Virus record (IMG/VR): IMGVR_UViG_3300007770_001284
Coordinates: 124,001-188,000 of that record
Length of the DNA stretch: 64,000 bases
Reading direction: 5' to 3' (one strand)
How positions within the stretch are numbered: position 1 is the first letter of the stretch; each line of letters begins with the position of its first letter. A program made the translations under genes and the position numbers. This document shows, piece by piece, positions 1 through 8,794 of the stretch. A model generated the notes under the pieces. That model made no database searches. It was given only the letters and a program-made list of their open reading frames with translations, and had not been told where the DNA came from.

Positions 1-1287
1 GGGACAGCGACAGCAAAGCTCGAATCGAACGTAATAACAACTACAGTGACAGATTTCCCCAAGAATGCAATCTCAGTGGCATTAAGAAGATATAATCTTA
101 CGAATAATTCATATTCTAAAAAGCAAGCACAGACAGGGAGCGGATTCACGCTTGTGGGATCAGGTTCAGTAGATGACCAGATTCAATCCGTGACGTCTGA
201 GGATGATGTAGTGAGTTTCCGTGATAAGCCTCTTCCAGGATCAATGTACAAGTACGTTCCACTGACCTATACACTTTATGGGAAAGAAGTGCTTGGAAAA
301 GCCGCCATTATAGATTTTATTGAATCGCAAGAAGATAACAAGAAAGTTGATATGAAAGTTGGTTCAGCAACGCTGACGTCGACTCAAAATAGTAAATCAG
401 TGAGTTTTTCTATTGCTGGAAGCTTTACTGAATTTGGATTTGAGGAAATTGAGGCAACATTATCTGATGCAAATCAAGCAGGCCTGTTTGGCGGTGATGT
501 TTCTTCGAACCGTGATAAATTCTCTTCTTTAATTGTATTTCTTGTAGAAAGAGAAAATTTTAAAACTGGGGAGGTTGAGTCATTTGGGTCCCAAGAGGCT
601 GGAACATTTACAGATTCACAAGCACTCCAGCAAGAAAAGAATGTCAAACCTCTTGCTGCTGGAACTAGATACGCCTATAAAGTAACAGCGTGCATTCGAC
701 CAGCCGATACTTTGTTTCCTGATTTGGTAACAACAGAAATAGACCAGACAACGCTGCTCTCTTTTTCCAGATCCGTTCAAAAATTTAGGGGGCCAATGCA
801 ATTACGAAAGAGTACACTGGCATCAACAGCTCGCCAGCTTGATGCCAACGCGCCGTCTGCGTTAGAACCGATTGATCCTTTTCTTGCGGGCAAAACCGCC
901 GTTCAAGTAACAACTGAAATAGCAGTTCCAAACTCAATAACGAAGGGCTCTTCCGCCACTGTCGAGAAGCGGATGGACAATAATCTTATAAAGTGGTCAT
1001 ATATTGGCGATATGGCAAGATTAGATCACTTCCAGGTATTCCTTACATCGGCCGGCGGTTTTGAATTGCTAGGAACGGTCCATGCCGATTCTTCTTCAAT
1101 GAATTTTTCATATCGTCACTTCATAAACCGGGAAATACCATATAATTCCAGCTATGCTTACGAGATTAGACCAATTAATATTTCTTTCAAGGAATTATCA
1201 TCTTTGAGAACTACACTCATACCAGCGAATCCTATGGCGGGTTTAACGACTAAAGAACTTCGTAATGTTAGGATTATACAAAGATAA
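1..1287 (+). CDS. 5'-truncated putative virion (tail/baseplate) protein with FN3-like beta-sandwich repeats
   Basis: Frame 1 is open from base 1, so the GTG at 46 is probably not the true start. FN3-like segments: FTD...AAGTRYAYKVTA and LIKWSY...FQVF...YAYEIRPI. First gene of a structural run. Confidence 0.5.
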   Translation, partial: GTATAKLESNVITTTVTDFPKNAISVALRRYNLTNNSYSKKQAQTGSGFTLVGSGSVDDQIQSVTSEDDVVSFRDKPLPGSMYKYVPLTYTLYGKEVLGKAAIIDFIESQEDNKKVDMKVGSATLTSTQNSKSVSFSIAGSFTEFGFEEIEATLSDANQAGLFGGDVSSNRDKFSSLIVFLVERENFKTGEVESFGSQEAGTFTDSQALQQEKNVKPLAAGTRYAYKVTACIRPADTLFPDLVTTEIDQTTLLSFSRSVQKFRGPMQLRKSTLASTARQLDANAPSALEPIDPFLAGKTAVQVTTEIAVPNSITKGSSATVEKRMDNNLIKWSYIGDMARLDHFQVFLTSAGGFELLGTVHADSSSMNFSYRHFINREIPYNSSYAYEIRPINISFKELSSLRTTLIPANPMAGLTTKELRNVRIIQR

Positions 1288-4200
1288 TGGGAAGCCTACT
1301 AGACAACGCTAATCTGTCGCCGCTAACGAGCGTTGACCAAGATGATATAATCAGCTTATCAGAGTTATTATTGGGCGAAGAAAAAATAGAGACTACGATA
1401 ATAAAAAGAGCTGCATCTGTTGAGCCTACAAAAAAGACAAAATCAGGCCGTGCTGCAAGGCTATCTAAGACAAAAAGTTCATCGACAAGTACCAGGGGGA
1501 AAACAGCGGCTCCTATCCAAAGTGCTGAACAACATAGAATAGAGAAAAAAAACCAGCAAGCCGAACGTCAGAGGCTAGAAGCGTATCAATTACAGCAAGG
1601 AAAGAAGAAAAGTGGTACGCCCTCCGCCCCCAGAACTATTGGGTCTAAGAAAAGCTCTACTGCATTATTGACAGAGACTAGAGATAATTCGCTTGTAATC
1701 AATACTACGCTTCGCCCTGTCGTGCTGGGAATGATGGATTTTTTGCCGACGCTTGATCCAACAGGGACAAAAGCAACGTCAGTGGGAAATATTCTAAAAA
1801 TTAATAGAGCAATCAAGGTATTAAATATCGAAAATCTCCCGGAAGGCATTGACATATCTTTGCAAGAAGCCCTGAATCTAGAGTATTTAGAGACATATTC
1901 CCAATACATCAGCCAGCGTGCAGCTTTCTTAAAAAGTTTGGATGCTTCAAATTTTAGTATTTTAGATGACGTAGTTAGTTTTCTTTCTTTAGCTAATGAG
2001 TCTATTGGTGAGGTTTCGAATACTCAATTATTGCTTACTATTTTACGTGACTACGCGCTTTCTGTTGACAATTGTTCTCCTCGACTCCTCGAATCAGAAG
2101 AGCGAGAAATCCCGTCAGACGGATCTAGTTTACCTGACAAGCCCCCTGCAATAACTTCCCTTAAAGATGTGCTAAAGAACGCATCTGCGTTTGATTTTTT
2201 AGATGCGGTTTTGGGCGAAGATCATGAAATCGCCCTTAAGGTTTTAATATATCAAATAAGCTCTGAGCTCAAGCTTTCTTATAATGCCTCAAAATTAGGA
2301 ACAAATCAATCTGCCGCATCGACTCTAGAAGTTAGATTGAACAATAATTCAATTATGCCCGGCAAGAACGCTAGTTTTAATTATCTTGGTTTACGGATGT
2401 TCGCTCATGGCGATGATGGGAGATATACTTTTTCGTTTCCCTTTGAGCCCCGTGACATTCTTCCAGACGATTCCGGTATATTCTTTGATTCTGCTCCAGA
2501 TATAATCAGGAACAAGATTTTAAATTCTTCTTCAAACACCTATGCCGAAATAGCTTCTCACGGAAAAACTGCGCTTTCCATTACAGCGGCATTTTTAGAT
2601 ACTGCTGATTTTTCTTCTGATTATGCTCCTTCTGTCGGCGCATTTATTTTAGTAATCCAAGATGTTATTGTGCCGCTGTTGGATTTGGTTGCAAAAAAAT
2701 CTCCCGCGCGAAAAGACGTGATTGAGTTTCTCTTGTTGGCTATATCTGGTTCAGACCAAAAAATGTTAGCTCAATTGATGTTGTTTTTGGCTGCATTAAA
2801 AGAAGAGCTTTCTAGACCATCGACCGAGAGTAGTCTGAAGACAGCCCAGCGTGCAAAAGTTGTTGGATCACTTGCGTCAACGCCTACTAGATCGACTAGT
2901 ACGTCTAGCAAGGCGAGTGTTGATACAAGCGTAACCGTAGCGCCACTCGCAACATCTTCAACGAAAAAAGTCTCTTCTTTTTCTCCAACCAGATCAATTG
3001 GCGCAGTTACGCTGAGCATGCCCGTCGCATCAACGAAGACGCGAAGAGTACCAGCGACCTCTACCTCATCGAATGTAGGCGCCACTCTCGTTACTGCTGT
3101 AACAAATAGTACTGTAATCGCTGAAACTTCTGCAGCATCCTCAAAATTGGTAACGTCGATGACGTTGGCTCCGATTACAACGACTACTGAGACTACGACC
3201 CCAGCTCTCTCAAGTGGATATATTGAAATTTGTGCAGCTACAGCTGCCCTCCTTCTGGACAGTTTGGGATCCGCCGGTACTACGACCAGCGTGTTGGGTT
3301 CATCAACGACTTTAACTGAATCAAACGTGTACTTAACGCTGCAATCGCTCGTTACTTCTGCGTCTGATGATGATATTTTTATAGCGCTATTAACAATATT
3401 TGACGATTTTATTGAAATGTTTTCGTCGGCCGATGGTTCATGTTTCACCGGTGAAGCTTCTACATATTCTGGTATTCCTCGGGGAAATATCGAAATAGCT
3501 TTTTTCATGTGCATAACAAAAATGCAGATGTTCGCTGCGCAGGGCTGCTATTCGCCAGCTGTAAACGATACAATGGCAGTACCCGGTATGGATATCACGC
3601 TGGATTCTGAGAAATTAACAGACCTTAGTGAAGGGCTCATCGACGCTTTTCAAGAGGAAGTTGACTTGGACGAACTCGCCGCAGTGTCGGATACTTTAGG
3701 TCGCGTGGCAGATAGCTTAGTACAGGAGGAAGCGCTTGTCGCAACGGTGCCTGCTACGTTTTCTGAATTTTTAGATAATACCGCGATAGCCTTTGAGGGC
3801 TTACAAACTGCCCTCTCTACCGACACTGATGCATCTTCGGAAGTTTTGACATTACGAAATCGGATCCAAGAGGGTCTCCCGGTAGCAAGCGATCTAGCTA
3901 TGACCTTAAGTGGGTTTGTTTCTAGCTATAATTCTGATTTTTCAACATTTTCCGGAATAAGGACTAGAGATCCAGCCCTGAGCAATGATGCGCTAACATT
4001 CTTTTCTAGCATGATGAAAGATGAAATATTTTCTGAGCCCAAGAAGTTTATGGCTATTGCATTAACTTCTGGTATGTGTGACGCGTTGTATAACATACCG
4101 GTTTCACTAGAGGATACGTCTAGGGAGTCTTCCGCTCTGTTAACTGACATATTTGAAGTCCAAATTGAGAAGATTGACTTGACAAGACCGATGCTGAAAT

Positions 4201-4970
4201 TTAAAGAAAAAGTTTTTTCGTTTCCTAGAAATCTTCGCTTTACTTCCGTTTCGTCCGTGAGCGATGGTGTGGTGGAAGCAAATTATTCGGTCTTTGATAA
4301 TTCGATGGTAGAAAATACAATGACTGAATGTGATCTTTTGGAAATAGACAGTGGAAATGTTACATCGTCGCACATTGAAAATTTAAAAATAAGTGAAGTA
4401 TTGAAAATATACTCGTCGCTTCTGTATGACGTTGACTTCTCGCCTGCGAATTATCCCCCTGATGATGCTGGAACTTCTAAGCTGATGGAGAAGACAGTAC
4501 GCTTACCCTTCGCAGAGGGTCTTGACACAGAATCATTAAATTTTTTGTCTGGCAGCAATTTGGCATTTGATCCTTCTGAACGGACGCTCGCTTCGTTTAG
4601 TTGGTATGATAGTTCGAATGCAACGCTTGATTTAGAGATTGATTTTAATGGAGATGTTATTGCATTCTCTGTCTGGGAATATTTAAGTGCGATTGGAGCG
4701 GTTGCTAATACTGAGACAATATCAGATCGCTTAACTCTGGGAAGCAAATTTGAGAATATTGTGCTGATTCCATTTGATCCCTATGATTTCGAAATAGAAG
4801 AAGAAACTTCTGGTGATGATGCTGCGATTGAAAATATGATTAACGGCCAATTGACAATAGCTCAAGAAGAGGTGGGCATCGGTTTAGAGACATCACAGGG
4901 TGTTGAACTGGCAACTTTTCGAGTAACGATAGCGTTACCAGAAGAGACGACTGGAGAAGAGGATGAGTAG
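1287..4970 (+). CDS. large hypothetical protein with long Ser/Thr-rich low-complexity linker, probably virion-associated
   Basis: 1227-aa ORF coupled to its neighbours (TAATG at 1285-1289; overlap at 4963-4970). Basic K/S/T-rich N-terminus, S/T/A-rich middle, acidic C-terminus. No family recognised. Confidence 0.6.
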   Translation: MGSLLDNANLSPLTSVDQDDIISLSELLLGEEKIETTIIKRAASVEPTKKTKSGRAARLSKTKSSSTSTRGKTAAPIQSAEQHRIEKKNQQAERQRLEAYQLQQGKKKSGTPSAPRTIGSKKSSTALLTETRDNSLVINTTLRPVVLGMMDFLPTLDPTGTKATSVGNILKINRAIKVLNIENLPEGIDISLQEALNLEYLETYSQYISQRAAFLKSLDASNFSILDDVVSFLSLANESIGEVSNTQLLLTILRDYALSVDNCSPRLLESEEREIPSDGSSLPDKPPAITSLKDVLKNASAFDFLDAVLGEDHEIALKVLIYQISSELKLSYNASKLGTNQSAASTLEVRLNNNSIMPGKNASFNYLGLRMFAHGDDGRYTFSFPFEPRDILPDDSGIFFDSAPDIIRNKILNSSSNTYAEIASHGKTALSITAAFLDTADFSSDYAPSVGAFILVIQDVIVPLLDLVAKKSPARKDVIEFLLLAISGSDQKMLAQLMLFLAALKEELSRPSTESSLKTAQRAKVVGSLASTPTRSTSTSSKASVDTSVTVAPLATSSTKKVSSFSPTRSIGAVTLSMPVASTKTRRVPATSTSSNVGATLVTAVTNSTVIAETSAASSKLVTSMTLAPITTTTETTTPALSSGYIEICAATAALLLDSLGSAGTTTSVLGSSTTLTESNVYLTLQSLVTSASDDDIFIALLTIFDDFIEMFSSADGSCFTGEASTYSGIPRGNIEIAFFMCITKMQMFAAQGCYSPAVNDTMAVPGMDITLDSEKLTDLSEGLIDAFQEEVDLDELAAVSDTLGRVADSLVQEEALVATVPATFSEFLDNTAIAFEGLQTALSTDTDASSEVLTLRNRIQEGLPVASDLAMTLSGFVSSYNSDFSTFSGIRTRDPALSNDALTFFSSMMKDEIFSEPKKFMAIALTSGMCDALYNIPVSLEDTSRESSALLTDIFEVQIEKIDLTRPMLKFKEKVFSFPRNLRFTSVSSVSDGVVEANYSVFDNSMVENTMTECDLLEIDSGNVTSSHIENLKISEVLKIYSSLLYDVDFSPANYPPDDAGTSKLMEKTVRLPFAEGLDTESLNFLSGSNLAFDPSERTLASFSWYDSSNATLDLEIDFNGDVIAFSVWEYLSAIGAVANTETISDRLTLGSKFENIVLIPFDPYDFEIEEETSGDDAAIENMINGQLTIAQEEVGIGLETSQGVELATFRVTIALPEETTGEEDE

Positions 4971-6756
4971 TGAATCAATTGTAAGTCGACCGCTCCATTT
5001 TTTTGATGTACCAGAAGTCACATCACTAACCGCAGGGTTTTCCTATAATTTCTTCGTTTCTGACGAAAAAATAAACGAAACTGGTGCTGAGGCAGTTAAT
5101 GGGAATCTTTCCACCAGGTTTTTACAAAAGGGAACAGTCGATATTACTAATCTAAACGCTCGAATTCCACGATATGTTACGCTTGAGTTTGGGGTTCAAG
5201 ACAGCCCGAAAAGCATGCTAGCGACCAGGAACAGCGCTATTAAGTCGACAAGGGACGAAATTAAGAAAGCGCTTGATGAAGGAAAGATATATACAGAGAC
5301 TCAAGCCGCTGGGATGGATTTTGATTCTTACGTTTTTTCTAATGAGCAATTGCAGACGAATTTAGAAAACTTCTTTCGTAGGAGACTTACCAGTTTTGGT
5401 GAAGAAGAGGCATCTCCACTAGAATTACTGAATATGCTGTCTGAAGAAAGTGAAGTAGACTCAGACCTATTAGAATCGTTATTGCCCCCATCGCTTAAAT
5501 CAGATGAGGCAACAACAGAAACTGTTTTTTTCGAAAAAGAAAAGCGCGAGTATGTGGTCGGCGTACTAAATACAAGTTACGTTCCGCCATTGCTTCGTAA
5601 AGCTGCCGAGGTAGGAAATTCTTTGCGGCTTGATGATACAACACATAAATTTTGTTCAGCGGTTGATGCAATCCAACCAGATTTAAATGAGTATGTTAGC
5701 AATGCTGAGTATTTATTTGATGTGCCGTTTATAGATGTGGAGCTAACGGACGATGCAAACTTTGTTGCTCAAGCTGATGTGGTGGGATTTGTGTTTGAGA
5801 AAACAAGGCTCTATAAGGGGAAAAGATATCCAATGTCACCTGTTATAGCTCTTGGCTCAAATATTAGGACAGCCTATGATTCTGAGGTTGCGTATGGAAT
5901 GACGTATGAATATAGCGCAAGAACGATTGCGAAATTTCGTATTCCCCTTACTGATTACGATAGTGGTGAAGTTTTTATTGGAACATTCTTGCTGGCCTCA
6001 CGGCCTGCGTCAATATCAAAGACAACAATAACAGAAAATCGTCGTCCGGAGCCGCCAAATGATATTAATTTTTATTACAATTATGATGACGACAATCTTT
6101 CTGTGACATGGGCTCCCCCTGTTAATCCCCAGCGTGATGTCAAGTACCTACAGGTTTTTCGACGAACAACGATTAATGAGCCCTTTCAGTTGTTGGCACA
6201 TTACGATTGGGATGATTCGGTGATAAGAACATCGAGCAAGGAAACGATTGATCCTGATTTGATACAAGCCACCCTGCATATGCCGACGTATTACATCGAC
6301 CCTGAATTTGATAAGACAAAAACGTATATTTATGCTCTAGTGGTTATTGATGCGAGGCAGTTAACGTCAGAATACTCAACCCAGATAAGGGTTTCATTTA
6401 GCGAGTCCAAAAATAGAATTACAAAAGAGTTTGTTTCGTACGCCGGCGCGCCGAAGCAATACCCGAATTGGTATTTGAAGGAAAATTTCTTTGTGGATTC
6501 TATGAAAGATAGCTCGCATAGCAATCTTTCGATTTATTTTGACCCAGAAGCGTATACATTAACACGGGGCTCAGGAGAAGATATTCCAGCGTTTTGTACA
6601 ACTTCGATTGATCCGTTATCAAAGTATGTGTTTCAATTAATAAATGTAGACAGATTAGACGAGGCACAGATCAACGTTACAATTGATGAAAGTCGGTTAG
6701 AAAACACGACACCTGCCGCGAAATCACAATTTTCTTCTGAGATAGAGGGGAGTTAA
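4963..6756 (+). CDS. FN3-like domain virion protein
   Basis: PEPPNDINF...NLSVTWAPP...YLQVFRR...YIDPEFDKTKTYIYALVVID...SEYS follows the fibronectin-III pattern. A second YDSEVAYGMTYEYSARTIA segment is also present. Confidence 0.6.
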   Translation: MSSESIVSRPLHFFDVPEVTSLTAGFSYNFFVSDEKINETGAEAVNGNLSTRFLQKGTVDITNLNARIPRYVTLEFGVQDSPKSMLATRNSAIKSTRDEIKKALDEGKIYTETQAAGMDFDSYVFSNEQLQTNLENFFRRRLTSFGEEEASPLELLNMLSEESEVDSDLLESLLPPSLKSDEATTETVFFEKEKREYVVGVLNTSYVPPLLRKAAEVGNSLRLDDTTHKFCSAVDAIQPDLNEYVSNAEYLFDVPFIDVELTDDANFVAQADVVGFVFEKTRLYKGKRYPMSPVIALGSNIRTAYDSEVAYGMTYEYSARTIAKFRIPLTDYDSGEVFIGTFLLASRPASISKTTITENRRPEPPNDINFYYNYDDDNLSVTWAPPVNPQRDVKYLQVFRRTTINEPFQLLAHYDWDDSVIRTSSKETIDPDLIQATLHMPTYYIDPEFDKTKTYIYALVVIDARQLTSEYSTQIRVSFSESKNRITKEFVSYAGAPKQYPNWYLKENFFVDSMKDSSHSNLSIYFDPEAYTLTRGSGEDIPAFCTTSIDPLSKYVFQLINVDRLDEAQINVTIDESRLENTTPAAKSQFSSEIEGS

Positions 6757-6778
6757 TTTACGCCATTTTATTTATGCT

Positions 6779-6785
6779 ATAATTA
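6779..6785 (+). promoter_or_regulatory. ATADTTA motif (putative late promoter element)
   Basis: ATAATTA, 25 nt upstream of the ATG at 6811. The same motif precedes many structural genes. Confidence 0.45.
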
Positions 6786-6810
6786 AACGTGGACGTGTGG
6801 AGATAATATT

Positions 6811-7518
6811 ATGGGATTTTTAGACAATAGCACCAACAATATCATTGTCGATGCAGTTTTAACAGATTACGGAAGACAGCTCCTGGCGAGAAATGACGGA
6901 AGTTTTTCGATTGTAAAATTTGCGCTTGGTGATGATGAAGTTGATTATGCGACTATTAAGAAATTTGGTCGTACGGTAGGTAAAGAAAAGATAGAGAAAA
7001 ATACCCCCGTCTTTGAAGCACAAACGAATCAGAATTTTGCTTTGAAGAATAAACTGCTCAGCCTTTCAAACCCCACCTTGATTAAATTACCTGGTGTGTC
7101 GATTACAGGAGACGTTTCTTCTGGAAAGATGACCTTTAAGAGAACAGGTAGCACTGCATCTCAAGCAATTACGCTGAGCCAGAATGTGTCTGATGAAAAT
7201 ACAATCGATCCAGAGTTGAGGGACCAGGCATTTATTGTGAAACTGCCTTATCGTTTCTTGGAGCTCGACGGCTCAGACAATACTCCGGATTCAATTGACT
7301 CCGATGATATTGCAACATACATCGTGACTAGAGACAGCACGACAACAAGCATTGGCGGTTCGCAGTTGTCTTTAACTATAAAAACGAGATCCATATCTGA
7401 TAGCGTATTTGACTATTACGGCGACGCAGACAATAAATCACAAATATCTTCTACCGTGCAGGTAACCGGCGTACAGTCGGGTGTTGTGTCTGAATTGACC
7501 GTCGCAATAGAGAAGTGA
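6811..7518 (+). CDS. conserved large-phage tail/baseplate protein; N-terminus resembles the tail-fibre attachment (P2 gpH/DUF3751-like) N-terminal half
   Basis: MGFLDNSTNNIIVDAVLTDYGRQLLARNDGSFSIVKFALGDDEVDY. GGAG RBS upstream. Confidence 0.55.
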   Translation: MGFLDNSTNNIIVDAVLTDYGRQLLARNDGSFSIVKFALGDDEVDYATIKKFGRTVGKEKIEKNTPVFEAQTNQNFALKNKLLSLSNPTLIKLPGVSITGDVSSGKMTFKRTGSTASQAITLSQNVSDENTIDPELRDQAFIVKLPYRFLELDGSDNTPDSIDSDDIATYIVTRDSTTTSIGGSQLSLTIKTRSISDSVFDYYGDADNKSQISSTVQVTGVQSGVVSELTVAIEK

Positions 7519-7529
7519 GGTAAGAAAAA

Positions 7530-8786
7530 GTGGCGACATTTAAAGAGATATCAGCAGCAGACGTAAAAACATCCAGATCTGTATTAAACCAGCTAGTAGA
7601 TGTAATTCAAGAAGACATATCTGGTTCTGCGACACGAAAAAAATATCAGTTATTTGTTACTGGCGGCATTGGCCCAGGGGTGACTTCATCTCTATACCAC
7701 ACAGTATACGATCAGGATTTCTCTCTTCAGACGGCTAATGCAATTTTTGATACCACTGTCGGTTTGTACGCGGCGGGTTCCACTGTTGTTTCATCTTCCA
7801 CCGGTATCGATAGTGCTGGTAAATATTTGTTCCCCTCTCAATCAATGATGATGAGAGAAAAGATGGATATATACCAGCAATATGCAGCTAACTTGTTGGG
7901 TAGCGCAGAATCCGCTTTCGTTACACCGTTTGGAAGCGCAGCTACAACTGATATTGTGGATTCTGCATTGTTTATTTCATTCAAGCGTTTGTTCACGCGT
8001 GATAAAATTAAGCGTGAGACGTTTGCGATGCGGATGCACTATTCAGCTTCTAATGCAAACGTTATTCAAAACTTAAATTCTACATCAGAGCTTGATGAAC
8101 GAATTTATACTGACTTTGGTGCTGCATCAAATCGTCGTCGTACGTTTGGCGGCGAGGTTGGTAATTTGGTTAATGCTGCTGACACGACAGATAATGTTGG
8201 GTTAGTGTTCTACGACGCAGGTGCCATTGTGTTGAATGTCGATCGTGTAATCAGCTCGAGCCAAGCTGTGTGGGGCGTTATCTCGGGAATGCGCGATGGT
8301 ATAACAACAGGACCTGCTGGCATCACGATTGACGGAAGCACGGCGGGTTCCTATAACATTCCTACTGGGATGACGACTATAGGTGGACCGGGTACCGGTG
8401 TCGGAACAATAAAGTTTGTTCCCGATCTGATGGTGTCTGCGAGTATTGATGATATTCTTGACCACTTTATGAGTTGCCGCTTTAGCTCTGGTTCTCTTAC
8501 AGCACAGACCTTCCAAAATAATACGAATATCAATTCTACGTTGCTATTCTGTCGCGCTACAGCTGATGAATTCAACTATTCTTCAAATCCCACGTATACC
8601 GATACCACAAACAGGATTGTTGTAATAGATGAGGGTCAAGAAGATGTACAACGTTCTTTTTCGTTCATAACAACAGTGGGCCTTTACGACGCGAATGATA
8701 ACCTTCTTGCTGTCGCAAAATTATCACGTCCAATAGAAAAGAATGATGAGAAGGATTTGACGGTAAGAATCAGGCTTGATTTCTAG
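7530..8786 (+). CDS. tail/baseplate structural protein with C-terminal ITTVGLYD...LLAVAKL domain
   Basis: C-terminus FITTVGLYDANDNLLAVAKLSRPIEK...VRIRLDF. GTG start after GAGG. Confidence 0.55.
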   Translation: MATFKEISAADVKTSRSVLNQLVDVIQEDISGSATRKKYQLFVTGGIGPGVTSSLYHTVYDQDFSLQTANAIFDTTVGLYAAGSTVVSSSTGIDSAGKYLFPSQSMMMREKMDIYQQYAANLLGSAESAFVTPFGSAATTDIVDSALFISFKRLFTRDKIKRETFAMRMHYSASNANVIQNLNSTSELDERIYTDFGAASNRRRTFGGEVGNLVNAADTTDNVGLVFYDAGAIVLNVDRVISSSQAVWGVISGMRDGITTGPAGITIDGSTAGSYNIPTGMTTIGGPGTGVGTIKFVPDLMVSASIDDILDHFMSCRFSSGSLTAQTFQNNTNINSTLLFCRATADEFNYSSNPTYTDTTNRIVVIDEGQEDVQRSFSFITTVGLYDANDNLLAVAKLSRPIEKNDEKDLTVRIRLDF

Positions 8787-8794
8787 GGGGAAGA

